Source: an uncultured Lachnospiraceae bacterium
GTDB taxonomy: Bacteria > Bacillota > Clostridia > Lachnospirales > Lachnospiraceae
NCBI GenBank assembly: GCA_944377385.1
Contig: CALWET010000095.1
Location: forward strand, 2,683-66,682
Length of the DNA stretch: 64,000 nt
Reading direction: 5' to 3'
The translations under genes and the position numbers were made by a program. The notes beneath the pieces were generated by a model. That model saw only the letters and a list, made by a program, of their open reading frames with translations, was not told where the DNA came from and did no database searches. Within the stretch, counting starts at the first letter, position 1, and every line of letters begins with the position of its first letter. This document shows, in pieces, positions 28,258 through 37,883 of the stretch.

Positions 28258-28286
28258 TTGACAATATTCAGGGCTTTATCTATAAT
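28258..28286 (+). promoter_or_regulatory. consensus sigma-A promoter of the rplM-rpsI(-rpmE) operon
   Basis: TTGACA (28258-28263), exactly 17 nt, then TATAAT (28281-28286). A roughly 115-nt leader precedes the rplM ATG. Confidence 0.7.
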
Positions 28287-28401
28287 ATAAAAGCTGTTTT
28301 ATGGATGCAGCGCTTTTTTAAATGCAGAAACCACAGCCCCGGTAGACGCATTTGTGAGATCATTTGTAAATTTTCATATTTGATATTACAGGAGTTTCAA
28401 C

Positions 28402-28830
28402 ATGAAAAGTTATGTTGCTACGGCTTCTACCATTGAGAGAAAGTGGTATGTGGTGGATGCGACCGACAAGACCCTCGGACGTCTTGCATCCGAGATCGCT
28501 AAAGTTTTAAGAGGAAAACATAAGCCTACCTACACTCCCTTCCTTGACTGCGGAGACTATGTGATAGTTGTAAACGCAGAAAAGTATGCGGTAACAGGCA
28601 GGAAGATGGACCAGAAGACCTATTTCAGTCATTCCGATTATATCGGAGGCACAAAGCTCGTGACACTCAGAGAGATGGCTCAGAAGCATCCCGAGAGAGT
28701 CATAGAGCATGCAGTAAAGGGTATGCTTCCCAAGGGAGCTCTCGGCAATCAGATGTACAGAAAGCTTTTCGTATACTGTGGACCGGAGCATAAGCACGCG
28801 GCTCAGAAGCCTGAAGTGTTGGAATTTTGA
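28402..28830 (+). CDS. rplM: 50S ribosomal protein L13
   Basis: 142 aa. The sequence [32 protein letters not shown] is diagnostic of L13. Confidence 0.97.
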   Translation: MKSYVATASTIERKWYVVDATDKTLGRLASEIAKVLRGKHKPTYTPFLDCGDYVIVVNAEKYAVTGRKMDQKTYFSHSDYIGGTKLVTLREMAQKHPERVIEHAVKGMLPKGALGNQMYRKLFVYCGPEHKHAAQKPEVLEF

Positions 28831-28852
28831 TCGGAAGGAGGAATAAGGTTTT

Positions 28853-29245
28853 ATGGCAGCCATCACATATTACGGCACAGGCCGCAGGAAGAAATCTATA
28901 GCCAGGGTTTTTGTTACCCCCGGAACCGGTATCATCACTGTTAACGGCAAGCCCATAGATGAGTATTTTGGACTTGAGACCCTCAAGGTCATCGTTCGTC
29001 AGCCCCTTGCCGCTACAGGCAATGAAGGCAAATTCGATGTAAAGGTGACAGTTAAGGGAGGCGGAATCAGCGGACAGGCAGGAGCCATCAGACACGGCCT
29101 TTCAAGAGCCCTCCTTCAGGAGGATGATGAAAACAGGCCCCTTCTCAAGAAGGAAGGCTATCTGACCAGAGATTCCCGCATGAAGGAGCGTAAGAAGTAC
29201 GGCCTCAAGAAGGCACGTAAGGCTCCGCAGTTCTCCAAGAGATAA
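28853..29245 (+). CDS. rpsI: 30S ribosomal protein S9
   Basis: 130 aa. It shows [27 protein letters not shown] and a C-terminal [18 protein letters not shown]. Confidence 0.97.
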   Translation: MAAITYYGTGRRKKSIARVFVTPGTGIITVNGKPIDEYFGLETLKVIVRQPLAATGNEGKFDVKVTVKGGGISGQAGAIRHGLSRALLQEDDENRPLLKKEGYLTRDSRMKERKKYGLKKARKAPQFSKR

Positions 29246-29268
29246 GCTTTGGAAGAGAGGAGACATAG

Positions 29269-29475
29269 ATGAAACAGGATATTCAGCCTAAGTACTATCA
29301 GGCAACGGTTACTTGCCATTGCGGAAATACATTTGTGACCGGCTCAACAAAGCCGACCATATCTGTGGAGGTCTGCTCCAAGTGTCACCCGTTCTATACA
29401 GGTAAGGAGAAGGCAGCTGCTGCTCGCGGACGTATTGAAGCATTCAATAAAAAGTACGGAACGGCAGCAAAGTAA
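29269..29475 (+). CDS. rpmE: 50S ribosomal protein L31 (zinc-binding type A)
   Basis: 68 aa. It shows MKQDIQPKYY, a CHC...CSKC zinc-ribbon cysteine pattern and HPFYTGK. Confidence 0.95.
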   Translation: MKQDIQPKYYQATVTCHCGNTFVTGSTKPTISVEVCSKCHPFYTGKEKAAAARGRIEAFNKKYGTAAK

Positions 29476-29494
29476 TTTTATTATGATCTATGAT

Positions 29495-29523
29495 GGACCG
29501 GGCAAGCTTGCTCGGTCCTTTAT
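29495..29523 (+). terminator. hairpin terminator after rpmE
   Basis: The stem GGACCGGGCAAG / CTTGCTCGGTCC has one mismatch and is followed by TTTAT, a short U-tail. Confidence 0.5.
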
Positions 29524-29540
29524 GCTATTATGGAGCGTGA

Positions 29541-30554
29541 ATGAAATACAGTGGAATCGGAGGTCAGGCTGTCATAGAGGGCATAATGATGAAAAACGGC
29601 GACACCTATGCCGTTGGCGTCAGAAAGCCTGACGGAGATATAGAAGTAAAGCTGGATACCTATGTAAGCTTTGCAAAGAGACACCCTATAGGAAAGCTTC
29701 CCATCATCAGAGGAGTCGTGGCCTTTGTGGAATCCATGGCAATTGGTTTGAAGACCCTCATGTACTCAGCCTCATTCTATGAGGAGGATGAGGAGGAAAA
29801 GCCTTCCAGGTTTGAGCTTTGGCTGGAAAGGACCTTTGGAGACAAGCTGGATAAGATCATAATCAGCGGATCCATGGTGCTGGCAATGCTCCTTGCCCTG
29901 GTCATCTTCATGTGGCTGCCTCTTTTCATCGCTTCTTTTTTGCGTCCGTTTATGGAAAATGAGTCCCTGCTGGCCCTTTTCGAGGGCTTTATCCGGGTAG
30001 GCATTTTCATTGCCTATGTCAAGCTCGTGTCCAGGACAGAGGATATAAGGCGTACCTTCATGTACCATGGAGCGGAGCATAAGTGCATAAACTGCATAGA
30101 GCATGGCCTGCCGCTGACGGTGGACAATGTCATGATCTCCTCCAAGGAGCACAAGCGCTGCGGAACCAGTTTTATTTTCCTTGTCATGATCATAAGCATA
30201 CTGTTCTTTATGGTCATAAGGCCGGAGGGGATCATGATGAGGCTTTTGTCCCGTGTGCTTTTGGTGCCTGTGATAGCAGGAGTAAGCTATGAGGTGCTCA
30301 TGGCAGCCGGCAAGCATGACAACTTCCTTATGAACCTGATCTCAAAGCCGGGTCTATGGATGCAGGGCCTTACTACAAAGGAACCGGACCGGGACATGGC
30401 AGAGGTAGCCATAGCAGCCGTGGAGGCTGTATTTGACTGGAGGGCTTATGAAAAGGAAGCCTTTCCTGAGTTGTATGGAGCAAAGCAGCAAGCTCCGGTC
30501 CCGGTGGCTTCAGCGGATAAAGCGTCCATAGACAGGGAGGGATGCAGCCTATGA
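29541..30554 (+). CDS. DUF1385-family membrane protein
   Basis: The N-terminus shows GIGGQAVIEGIMMKN and GAEHK, with several TM helices. It sits in the conserved slot between rpmE and prmC in Firmicutes. Confidence 0.75.
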   Translation: MKYSGIGGQAVIEGIMMKNGDTYAVGVRKPDGDIEVKLDTYVSFAKRHPIGKLPIIRGVVAFVESMAIGLKTLMYSASFYEEDEEEKPSRFELWLERTFGDKLDKIIISGSMVLAMLLALVIFMWLPLFIASFLRPFMENESLLALFEGFIRVGIFIAYVKLVSRTEDIRRTFMYHGAEHKCINCIEHGLPLTVDNVMISSKEHKRCGTSFIFLVMIISILFFMVIRPEGIMMRLLSRVLLVPVIAGVSYEVLMAAGKHDNFLMNLISKPGLWMQGLTTKEPDRDMAEVAIAAVEAVFDWRAYEKEAFPELYGAKQQAPVPVASADKASIDREGCSL

Positions 30555-31414
30555 AGCTGCATGAGCTATGCAGATATGGCAGGGAGCAGCTGTGCCGGGC
30601 TTCGGTACCGGATGCTGCGATAGATGCCAGACTGCTCCTTTGTGAGGCCATGGGCATCGACACCGCACGCTATCTGGCATATCCTGATATGGAAGTGCCG
30701 AAGGAAGTTCTAGAAGCATATCTAAGGATGATAGAGCAAAGGGCAGAAAGATGCCCCCTGCAATATATAGTAGGCTATACGGAATTTATGGGGCTTAGGC
30801 TGCATGTGAATGATTCCGTACTCATTCCAAGACAGGATACTGAGCTTTTATGTGAGTTGGTCCTTTCGCAGGAGAAAGGCAGGGAAAAGAGGATACTGGA
30901 CCTGTGTACTGGATCAGGAGCCATCGCTCTGTCCCTTTGCCGGCTTGGAGGCTATATTTCCGTCCTGGGAACGGATATATCAAAACAGGCCCTGTCGGTT
31001 GCTGAACATAACAGGCAGGATCTTGGGATAGATAGCTGCAATGTGGGATTTTACCAGTCAGACCTGTTCGAGAGCCTGCCTGATATCCTGAAGGAAAGGC
31101 ATATCGAGGCTCTTGATGTGATAGTGTCTAATCCTCCATATATCAGGCCGGAGGTCATAGAAGGACTTGAGCCTGAGGTGAGGGATCACGAGCCCTATAT
31201 CGCCTTATTCGGAGGAAGCGATGGCCTTAGCTTTTACAGGAGCATAGCTGACAGAGCCGCAGGTTTTCTGGCTCCCTGCGGAAGTATCTATGTGGAGATC
31301 GGCAGTGACCAGGGAGCTGAGGTATCTCATATCTTCCAGGAAAGAGGTTACAGGGCCATAGCTGTCTACAGAGACATGGCCGGCCATGACAGGGTAGTAT
31401 CGGCGAGGATATAG
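30551..31414 (+). CDS. prmC: release factor glutamine N5-methyltransferase
   Basis: The SAM motif [13 protein letters not shown] and the catalytic VSNPPY are present. It lies directly upstream of prfA. The start is ATG 30551 (or 30542). Confidence 0.9.
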   Translation: MKLHELCRYGREQLCRASVPDAAIDARLLLCEAMGIDTARYLAYPDMEVPKEVLEAYLRMIEQRAERCPLQYIVGYTEFMGLRLHVNDSVLIPRQDTELLCELVLSQEKGREKRILDLCTGSGAIALSLCRLGGYISVLGTDISKQALSVAEHNRQDLGIDSCNVGFYQSDLFESLPDILKERHIEALDVIVSNPPYIRPEVIEGLEPEVRDHEPYIALFGGSDGLSFYRSIADRAAGFLAPCGSIYVEIGSDQGAEVSHIFQERGYRAIAVYRDMAGHDRVVSARI

Positions 31415-31418
31415 ATAT

Positions 31419-32507
31419 ATGCTTATTTTAGACAAGCTTAATGAGATAATGATACGCTATGAGGAGCTGTTAAATGAGCTCTCTGACGCTTCGGCTTCAG
31501 GTGCTTCTTCAGACAGGCTGCAGCGTCTCATGAAGGAACAGGCTGAGCTGATGCCTGTTGCAGAGGCCTATGAACGCTACAAAAAGGCCAGTCAGAATGA
31601 AAAGGATGCCCTTTGGATCCTGGATAACGAAAAGGATCCGGATATGAGGAGCCTTGCCAAGGACGAGCTGTCAGCCTCAAAGCAGGAACTGAAAAAAAGC
31701 GAGGATGAGCTCAACCTGCTGCTTCTGCCAAAGGATCCAAATGATGAAAAGAATATAGTCATGGAGATCAGAGCCGGGGTGGGTGGAGATGAATCTGCCC
31801 TGTTCGCCGCTGATCTTTATCGCATGTATACGAATTATGCCGTACGAAACGGCTGGAGGACGGAACTGGTATCCTTTAATGAAAACGGAATAGGCGGATT
31901 TAAGGAGATAACCTTTCTGATAAATGGCAGGGGGGCATATTCAAGGCTTAAATACGAGTCGGGAGTTCACAGGGTACAGAGGGTCCCGGAAACAGAATCA
32001 GGAGGAAGGATACATACATCCACAGCTACGGTGGCAGTCATGCCGGAGGCTGAAGAGGTAGATGTGGTAATAGCTCCTGAGGACATACACTGGGATGTGT
32101 TCAGAGCCTCCGGGAATGGAGGACAGTGCGTAAATACTACGGATTCTGCCGTCAGGCTGACCCATTATCCCTCCGGGATAGTGATATCATGTCAGGATGA
32201 GAAATCCCAGCTGAAGAATAAGGACAAAGCCCTGAAGGTGCTCAGAGCAAGGCTTTATGAGCTTGAAAGGGAAAAAAAGCACAATGAGGAGGATGATCTC
32301 AGAAGATCCCAGATCGGGACAGGAGATCGATCCGAGAAGATACGTACATATAATTTTCCCCAGGGCAGGGTCACGGATCACAGGATAAAGCTGACCTTAT
32401 ATAAGATAGATTCCATTATAGACGGTGATCTGGACGAGCTGATAACTGCACTGTCAACGGCAGATCAGGCAGCTAAGCTGTTAAAAATGAATGAATCCGT
32501 AGCTTAA
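31419..32507 (+). CDS. prfA: peptide chain release factor 1
   Basis: The GGQ motif ([19 protein letters not shown]), [18 protein letters not shown] and a C-terminal [19 protein letters not shown] are present. Confidence 0.95.
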   Translation: MLILDKLNEIMIRYEELLNELSDASASGASSDRLQRLMKEQAELMPVAEAYERYKKASQNEKDALWILDNEKDPDMRSLAKDELSASKQELKKSEDELNLLLLPKDPNDEKNIVMEIRAGVGGDESALFAADLYRMYTNYAVRNGWRTELVSFNENGIGGFKEITFLINGRGAYSRLKYESGVHRVQRVPETESGGRIHTSTATVAVMPEAEEVDVVIAPEDIHWDVFRASGNGGQCVNTTDSAVRLTHYPSGIVISCQDEKSQLKNKDKALKVLRARLYELEREKKHNEEDDLRRSQIGTGDRSEKIRTYNFPQGRVTDHRIKLTLYKIDSIIDGDLDELITALSTADQAAKLLKMNESVA

Positions 32508-32539
32508 AATATAAATTTATAGATTATACGTTTGATTGT

Positions 32540-33592
32540 ATGGATATAAAAGAAAAAACAAACGATATTCAGTGCGATGAGGCACCAGGAAAAGAACAAG
32601 ACAGGCCGCTAATCTCAATATGCTGCCTCAGCTTTAATCATGAAAAATACATAGGCGAGGCTCTGGATAGCTTCCTGAGGCAGGACATAGAGAGCCCTGT
32701 TGAGATACTCATACATGATGATGCATCCACCGATGGAACCAGAGCCATCATAGAGGATTACGCTTCAAGATACGAAAACATCATTCCGATGTATGAAGAG
32801 GAAAACCAGTACAGCAGGGGCATGCACAATCTCAGCGGAGTTTTCAATTTTCCAAGAGCCAGGGGCAAGTATATTGCTATGTGTGAGGGTGATGATTTTT
32901 GGCTGGATATCAGAAAGCTGCGTATACAGGCTGATTTTATGGAGGCCCATCCTGAATGCTCGATGTGCTGTCATGCTGCCAGGATAGTGAGCATGGATGA
33001 TTCCTTCAGGGAGCTGGCCAGGCTTGCTCCTTATCATAATGATCAGATAGTTGAGCCTGAAAGCTTGATCTCAAAATCCGTAAACATACCTACAGCCTCA
33101 CTTTTTTTCAGGACTGAATATGCAAGGAAACTGCCGGACTGGTACTTTGATTGTCCTGTAGGGGACATCCCTCTTCAGCTTTTTATGCTGCTTTGCGGCA
33201 GCGTATATTATATCAACAGGCCTATGTCAGCCTACAGGGTAGGAAACAAAGGCTCCTGGAGCGATCTTATGGAAAAAGGGGACAAAAGCAGCCTGGAACG
33301 GAAATGGCAGGAGCATTATGAAGCCATGGAAAGACTGTATCAGGCATTCGACTCCGCTTCAGAGCACAGATACAGTTCTTCGGTAAGGGAAGCGATCAGC
33401 AGGGAGCATTTTAAGGCGGAGGTGAACAAAGGAGATCTGGGTTTTGCGCTAAAGGAAGAAAACAGGACCTTTTTAAAGGAACTGCCTCCCTTGCAGAGGA
33501 ATCTGATACGGCTTCAGTACAGACATCCAGCCGCCTACAAACTCATGAGGGATACGTGGCTCAGGCTCCATGGGAAGAAGGATGAATATTAA
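32540..33592 (+). CDS. family 2 glycosyltransferase
   Basis: GT-A N-terminal motifs are present: ISICCLSFNHEKYIGEALDSFLRQ, ILIHDDASTDGT and CEGDDFW (DXD-like). Confidence 0.8.
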   Translation: MDIKEKTNDIQCDEAPGKEQDRPLISICCLSFNHEKYIGEALDSFLRQDIESPVEILIHDDASTDGTRAIIEDYASRYENIIPMYEEENQYSRGMHNLSGVFNFPRARGKYIAMCEGDDFWLDIRKLRIQADFMEAHPECSMCCHAARIVSMDDSFRELARLAPYHNDQIVEPESLISKSVNIPTASLFFRTEYARKLPDWYFDCPVGDIPLQLFMLLCGSVYYINRPMSAYRVGNKGSWSDLMEKGDKSSLERKWQEHYEAMERLYQAFDSASEHRYSSSVREAISREHFKAEVNKGDLGFALKEENRTFLKELPPLQRNLIRLQYRHPAAYKLMRDTWLRLHGKKDEY

Positions 33593-33645
33593 ATCTTTTT
33601 TACGACCTGGATCCAACTTGTAAGAAGAGTTTCAGATATTATTGA

Positions 33646-33672
33646 TTGACCTTTTATTTAAAATGATATAAT
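33646..33672 (+). promoter_or_regulatory. extended -10 promoter upstream of the L,D-transpeptidase gene
   Basis: TGaTATAAT lies at 33664-33672. A possible -35 TTGACC at 33646-33651 is only 15 nt away, which is suboptimal. Confidence 0.4.
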
Positions 33673-33706
33673 TTAGAAAAGACAAAAATTATTTGGGAGT
33701 ATATAT

Positions 33707-35302
33707 ATGTTTAACAAAAGCAGGATATGTGCCTTGATCACAGCTGTAGCCCTGCTCAGCCAGGTCTCAGGATTTACTTCCCTGGCAGCAGTGGTAGAGG
33801 GCATAAACGGCGGACCGGGCGTAAGCATGGAGCTTAGTGGAGAAGAGACTCAGGATCAGACAGCTTCTCAGCAGACACCTACGGATACCCAGATTCAGGA
33901 TGGAAGCCAGCAGCCTCAGCAGGATACAGGTGCTCAGATCCCATCAGGACAGCAGGGTACCGGAGCTGCTCAGGGGCCGGGAGTGTCGGATGCCACCTCT
34001 GGCCCTGGATATGTGGAGGGTGCAGCTGAAAACAGCTTTTCAGATGATATGCTGGCCGCAAGCATGGGCATAGACAATACCGACCCCAATGTGGGCATGG
34101 ATGCAGGAAGGGTAGCTCCTGATCCGGTACTGGGACAGACCTTTATGCTGCATGGCCAGATGCTGACGTCCGACGGGCAGCTGACAACAGGTTTTACTAC
34201 TGACACAGGGGTCTTTTCCTCGCCTCAGGACGGCTTCTGCGGATTGAAGATCCGCATGGACGTGGGTATAGGAGACGTGTTTTACAGGGTATACACGGAT
34301 CAGCATGGCTGGTCACAGTGGGCCATGAATGAGATGATCACGCCCTACGGCGGTGACGGAGCAAAGGTCACAGCCATTCAGATCAGGACCACCGGCTATA
34401 TCCGTAACCTTTACAATATATATTACAGGGCAGTGCTTAATGACGGGACCGTGCTCGACTGGGCCCATGACGGACAGACGGCAGGAACCATAGGTACAGG
34501 CAGGTATATCCAGTCCCTTGAGATGAAGCTTTGGCAAAATGGCCTTAAATTCTATGAGCCTACAAGGCAGCATATGGTAGCTGCCCATTACGAGGGCATA
34601 GCCTATGATCCCGCCACTGGCCTGGCGCTTTATTCCGCTGCTTCAGGCCAGCCATATACAGGATGGGCCTATGATACAGATGGCAATAAGTATTATTTTG
34701 TAAACAGCCAGAGAGTGAACGGATGGCAGTATATCGACGGATATAAATATTTCTTTGATAACAATGGAGTGGTGGTCAGGGATCTGGAGCCGATCATGGG
34801 TAAAACGGGCGATTACAAGCTCAAGCTCAACAAGGAGATGAAGACCCTGACGGTATATACCAGAGACGGAGAAAACGGTTACATAATACCATACAAGGTA
34901 TTTTTGACAACAGTAGGAGATGCCACTCCCCTGGGCACCTACAATACCTATGTAAAATATAGATGGAAATTCATGCACGACAACATCTACTGTCAGTATC
35001 TGGCAAGGTTTTATAATGGCTATCTGATGCATTCACTGATATATGAGGATGTACCCGATTCCTACCATTTTGAGGCAGGCTCCTATAATTATCACGGAAA
35101 GCGTCGTTCGGATGGCTGTGTCAGGCTGACTGCGGCCGATGCGGCATGGCTTTACAATAACTGTCCGACGGGCACTTCCATCACCATATATGAGGATTAC
35201 TGGGTCATGGGTCCTCTGGACAGGCCGGCCATAGAGTGGGCGATCCCCATGAATCAGAATTATGATCCTACTGATCCTGCAATTACAGGTATAAATCCCT
35301 GA
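33707..35302 (+). CDS. secreted multidomain L,D-transpeptidase (YkuD domain) with ChW-like and cell-wall-binding repeats
   Basis: A signal peptide (ALITAVALLSQVSG) is followed by a Q/T/G-rich low-complexity linker. ChW-like units follow (YRVYTDQHGWSQWAMNE; YRAVLNDGTVLDWAHDG). CW-binding repeats follow (GWAYDTDGNKYYF, NGWQYIDGYKYFFDNNG). The catalytic YkuD motif is HSLIYED...GKRRSDGCVRL. Confidence 0.8.
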   Translation: MFNKSRICALITAVALLSQVSGFTSLAAVVEGINGGPGVSMELSGEETQDQTASQQTPTDTQIQDGSQQPQQDTGAQIPSGQQGTGAAQGPGVSDATSGPGYVEGAAENSFSDDMLAASMGIDNTDPNVGMDAGRVAPDPVLGQTFMLHGQMLTSDGQLTTGFTTDTGVFSSPQDGFCGLKIRMDVGIGDVFYRVYTDQHGWSQWAMNEMITPYGGDGAKVTAIQIRTTGYIRNLYNIYYRAVLNDGTVLDWAHDGQTAGTIGTGRYIQSLEMKLWQNGLKFYEPTRQHMVAAHYEGIAYDPATGLALYSAASGQPYTGWAYDTDGNKYYFVNSQRVNGWQYIDGYKYFFDNNGVVVRDLEPIMGKTGDYKLKLNKEMKTLTVYTRDGENGYIIPYKVFLTTVGDATPLGTYNTYVKYRWKFMHDNIYCQYLARFYNGYLMHSLIYEDVPDSYHFEAGSYNYHGKRRSDGCVRLTAADAAWLYNNCPTGTSITIYEDYWVMGPLDRPAIEWAIPMNQNYDPTDPAITGINP

Positions 35303-35340
35303 ATAACAGGATAAAATTGAAAAAGCAGAGAAATTACTGT

Positions 35341-35378
35341 AAACTCATAGTGTCCGCCAAGGCGGATGCTATGAGTTT
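35341..35378 (+). terminator. hairpin after the L,D-transpeptidase gene
   Basis: A 10-bp perfect outer stem AAACTCATAG / CTATGAGTTT encloses an inner stem TCCGCC / GGCGGA. The U-tail is poor. Confidence 0.45.
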
Positions 35379-35393
35379 ATGAGGTTTTAAGGC

Positions 35394-36896
35394 ATGATCG
35401 AAGAATATCATGACAATAAAAAGGCTTCAGACAGGAGCATAGTAAGAGGGCTTTTATGGAAGGCCGTGGAAAACGGAGGTGACCAGATCATCACCTTCGT
35501 TATTTCCATAATCCTGGCCAGACTGCTGGGACCCGAAAGATATGGCACCCTTTCATTGATGCTTGTTTTTATTGCTGTGGCAAATGTTATCATACAGTCT
35601 GGCTTTCAGACCTCCCTGATACAGAAAAAGCAGATCGAGGATGAGGACCTAAGCTCCGTATTCTGGATGGGGCTTGGCATCTCTGCCCTGCTGTATGCTC
35701 TTATCTTTATGTCTGCTCCCTATGCTGCGGATTATTTCGGAGACGAGGCCATAAGCCCGATGCTCAGGGTGCTGGCCCTTATGCTTTTTTTTGGAGCAGT
35801 GGTCTCAGTCGAGACAGCAATCATCTCAAGGAGGATGGATTTCAGACTCCAGTTCATTGCCACCATCGCAGCAGACCTGTTTTCAGGAGCCATAGGCATA
35901 GCCGCAGCCTTTTTGGGGCTTGGTACCTGGGCACTGGTGTGTCAGCAGCTGTTCAAATACTTTTTCCTGATGATATTTATGATCCTGCTCGTCAGATGGA
36001 GGCCGGAGATATATGTATCTATGTCAAGGCTCAGAAGCCTTTTTTCCTTTGGGTGGAAGATGCTGGTGTCAGGGCTTATAGATACGATATATAATAACAT
36101 GTACACGCCGGTCATACAGAAGCTCTACAGTCCAGCCATGGTAGGATATTATAACCGGGGCAATCAGTTTCCGCAGATCATAGCAAATTCAGTATCTCAG
36201 ACCATGCAGGCTGTAATGCTGCCTGCCTTCTCAAAAGCCCAGGACGAGGAAGAAAGGCTCAGGGAGCTGCTTTCCGCCACGGTAAGGATGGGCTGTTTCC
36301 TGATGTTTCCCATGATGGCAGGACTCATGGCAGTGTCCGAGGAGCTGGTACTGCTCATGCTTGGAGAGGAGTGGCTTGAGGCAGTACCCATGCTCAGGCT
36401 GTGCTGTCTGTCCTATGCCGTATGGCCCATGCATGTGGCAAATCTTCAGGCAATAAATGCCAGAGGAAGAAGTGATATATTCCTGAAGCTTGAGATCATA
36501 AAGAAGCTCATAGGAGTGGCAGTGCTGGTATTTAGCTCAGGCTATGGTATCGCTGCCATGCTCTGTATGAAGGCTCTTTTTGATCTGCTGTGTACATTTA
36601 TAAATGCGGCTCCCAATGCCTTCCTTTTGGGCTATGGACCTGTCAGGCAGTGGCGTGGGATCATAGGAGAGCTTGGGCTTTCGGCTCTGATGGGGACGGT
36701 GGTTTTTGCCCTAGGCGGTTTTATGACAGAGCTGGGTATGGAAGGAGGCTCATATATCTCCATCCTGCTTGTGACCATGCTGAAGGTCGCTCTTGGAATA
36801 CTTATATATTTGGGCGGAGCCTGGCTCCTTAGGCTCAGGAGCATGAAGGAGCTTTTGGCATACTGCAGGGAGACTGTAAGGGGAAAAGGCAGATAG
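35394..36896 (+). CDS. Wzx-like oligosaccharide flippase (MOP superfamily)
   Basis: 500 aa with about 12-14 TM helices. The N-terminus GLLWKAVENGGDQIITFVISIILARLLGPERYG is typical of polysaccharide biosynthesis (PST) proteins. Confidence 0.8.
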   Translation: MIEEYHDNKKASDRSIVRGLLWKAVENGGDQIITFVISIILARLLGPERYGTLSLMLVFIAVANVIIQSGFQTSLIQKKQIEDEDLSSVFWMGLGISALLYALIFMSAPYAADYFGDEAISPMLRVLALMLFFGAVVSVETAIISRRMDFRLQFIATIAADLFSGAIGIAAAFLGLGTWALVCQQLFKYFFLMIFMILLVRWRPEIYVSMSRLRSLFSFGWKMLVSGLIDTIYNNMYTPVIQKLYSPAMVGYYNRGNQFPQIIANSVSQTMQAVMLPAFSKAQDEEERLRELLSATVRMGCFLMFPMMAGLMAVSEELVLLMLGEEWLEAVPMLRLCCLSYAVWPMHVANLQAINARGRSDIFLKLEIIKKLIGVAVLVFSSGYGIAAMLCMKALFDLLCTFINAAPNAFLLGYGPVRQWRGIIGELGLSALMGTVVFALGGFMTELGMEGGSYISILLVTMLKVALGILIYLGGAWLLRLRSMKELLAYCRETVRGKGR

Positions 36897-36937
36897 TCCA
36901 TGCCAAGATCATATTTTAAGGGAAAAGGAGTTTCAGG

Positions 36938-37879
36938 ATGGAAGATACTTATTTCCTGATGAAGATAAAAGATGCAAGCATATATATAAAGCGGGATGAC
37001 CTGCTTCCCTTCTCCTTTGGTGGAAACAAGCTGAGGATAGTGACAAAGGCCTTTGAGGATATGGAGCGCAGGGGCTGCGATGAATTCATAAGCTATGGCT
37101 CGGAAAGCTCTAACCTGAACAGGGTGGCGGCTCATATGGCCAGGTCCAGGGGAGTGGCCTGTACCGTCATATTCAAAAAAGGGCGGGGAGCCCATGAGCC
37201 CTATAATGAGCTGCTGGTAAAAGAAAGCGGAGCAAGGATAGTTTACTGTGAAGGCTCTGAGGTCAGGGCAGCAGTTGAGGAGGAGCTTAGAAGATCCGTC
37301 AGAGACGGACACAGGCCTTATTATATATATGGCGATTCTAATGGAAGGGGAAATGAGGCCTGCCTTGTTGAAGCCTATGTAGAGGCGTACGAGGAGATAA
37401 GGGACTTTGAAGCTAAAAGTGGTATTTCATTTTCACATATATTCCTTGCCTCAGGAACAGGAATCACGCAGTCAGGACTGATGGCAGCATCTATTTTGCA
37501 TGGGGATGATAAAAAAATATGCGGGATATCCGTAGCCAGGAGCAGGGACCGGGGCAGGGAAGCCATAAGAGAGAACATGAGCAGCTACATGAGAGATGGC
37601 CGAAAAACAGAAGTCAAGGTGCCTGCTGCTTCAGAGATATTCTTTGATGACAGATTTGTGAAGGGAGGCTATGGCTGCGCAGACCAGGAGCTCTCAGAGC
37701 TGTGCAGACAGATGATGAAGGGATATGGGCTGCCTCTTGATACTACATATACAGGAAAGGCCTTCCTTGGCATGAGGAATATAATAGAGGAGGAGCATAT
37801 AAAGGGCAGTGTCCTGTTCATACACACGGGAGGGCTCCCCGGAGTGTTTGACGCGGCTCGTGACATTATGCTATCATAG
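36938..37879 (+). CDS. PLP-dependent enzyme of the ACC deaminase / D-cysteine desulfhydrase family
   Basis: The motif IYIKRDDLLPFSFGGNKLRI carries the PLP lysine in GGNK.R. Later motifs are SGTGITQSG and FIHTGGLPG. This is fold type II PLP architecture. Confidence 0.7.
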   Translation: MEDTYFLMKIKDASIYIKRDDLLPFSFGGNKLRIVTKAFEDMERRGCDEFISYGSESSNLNRVAAHMARSRGVACTVIFKKGRGAHEPYNELLVKESGARIVYCEGSEVRAAVEEELRRSVRDGHRPYYIYGDSNGRGNEACLVEAYVEAYEEIRDFEAKSGISFSHIFLASGTGITQSGLMAASILHGDDKKICGISVARSRDRGREAIRENMSSYMRDGRKTEVKVPAASEIFFDDRFVKGGYGCADQELSELCRQMMKGYGLPLDTTYTGKAFLGMRNIIEEEHIKGSVLFIHTGGLPGVFDAARDIMLS

Positions 37880-37883
37880 CTCC

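Noticed and set aside
28287-28401. Ribosomal-protein L13 leader RNA upstream of rplM.
   Set aside because: The position and length (about 115 nt after a consensus promoter) are right for an autoregulatory leader. I cannot verify the conserved structure by eye. It is left as a possibility, not a call.
29435-29632. 65-aa ORF bridging rpmE and the DUF1385 gene.
   Set aside because: It overlaps the rpmE 3' end, the terminator hairpin and the DUF1385 start in another frame. It has no RBS and a biased composition.
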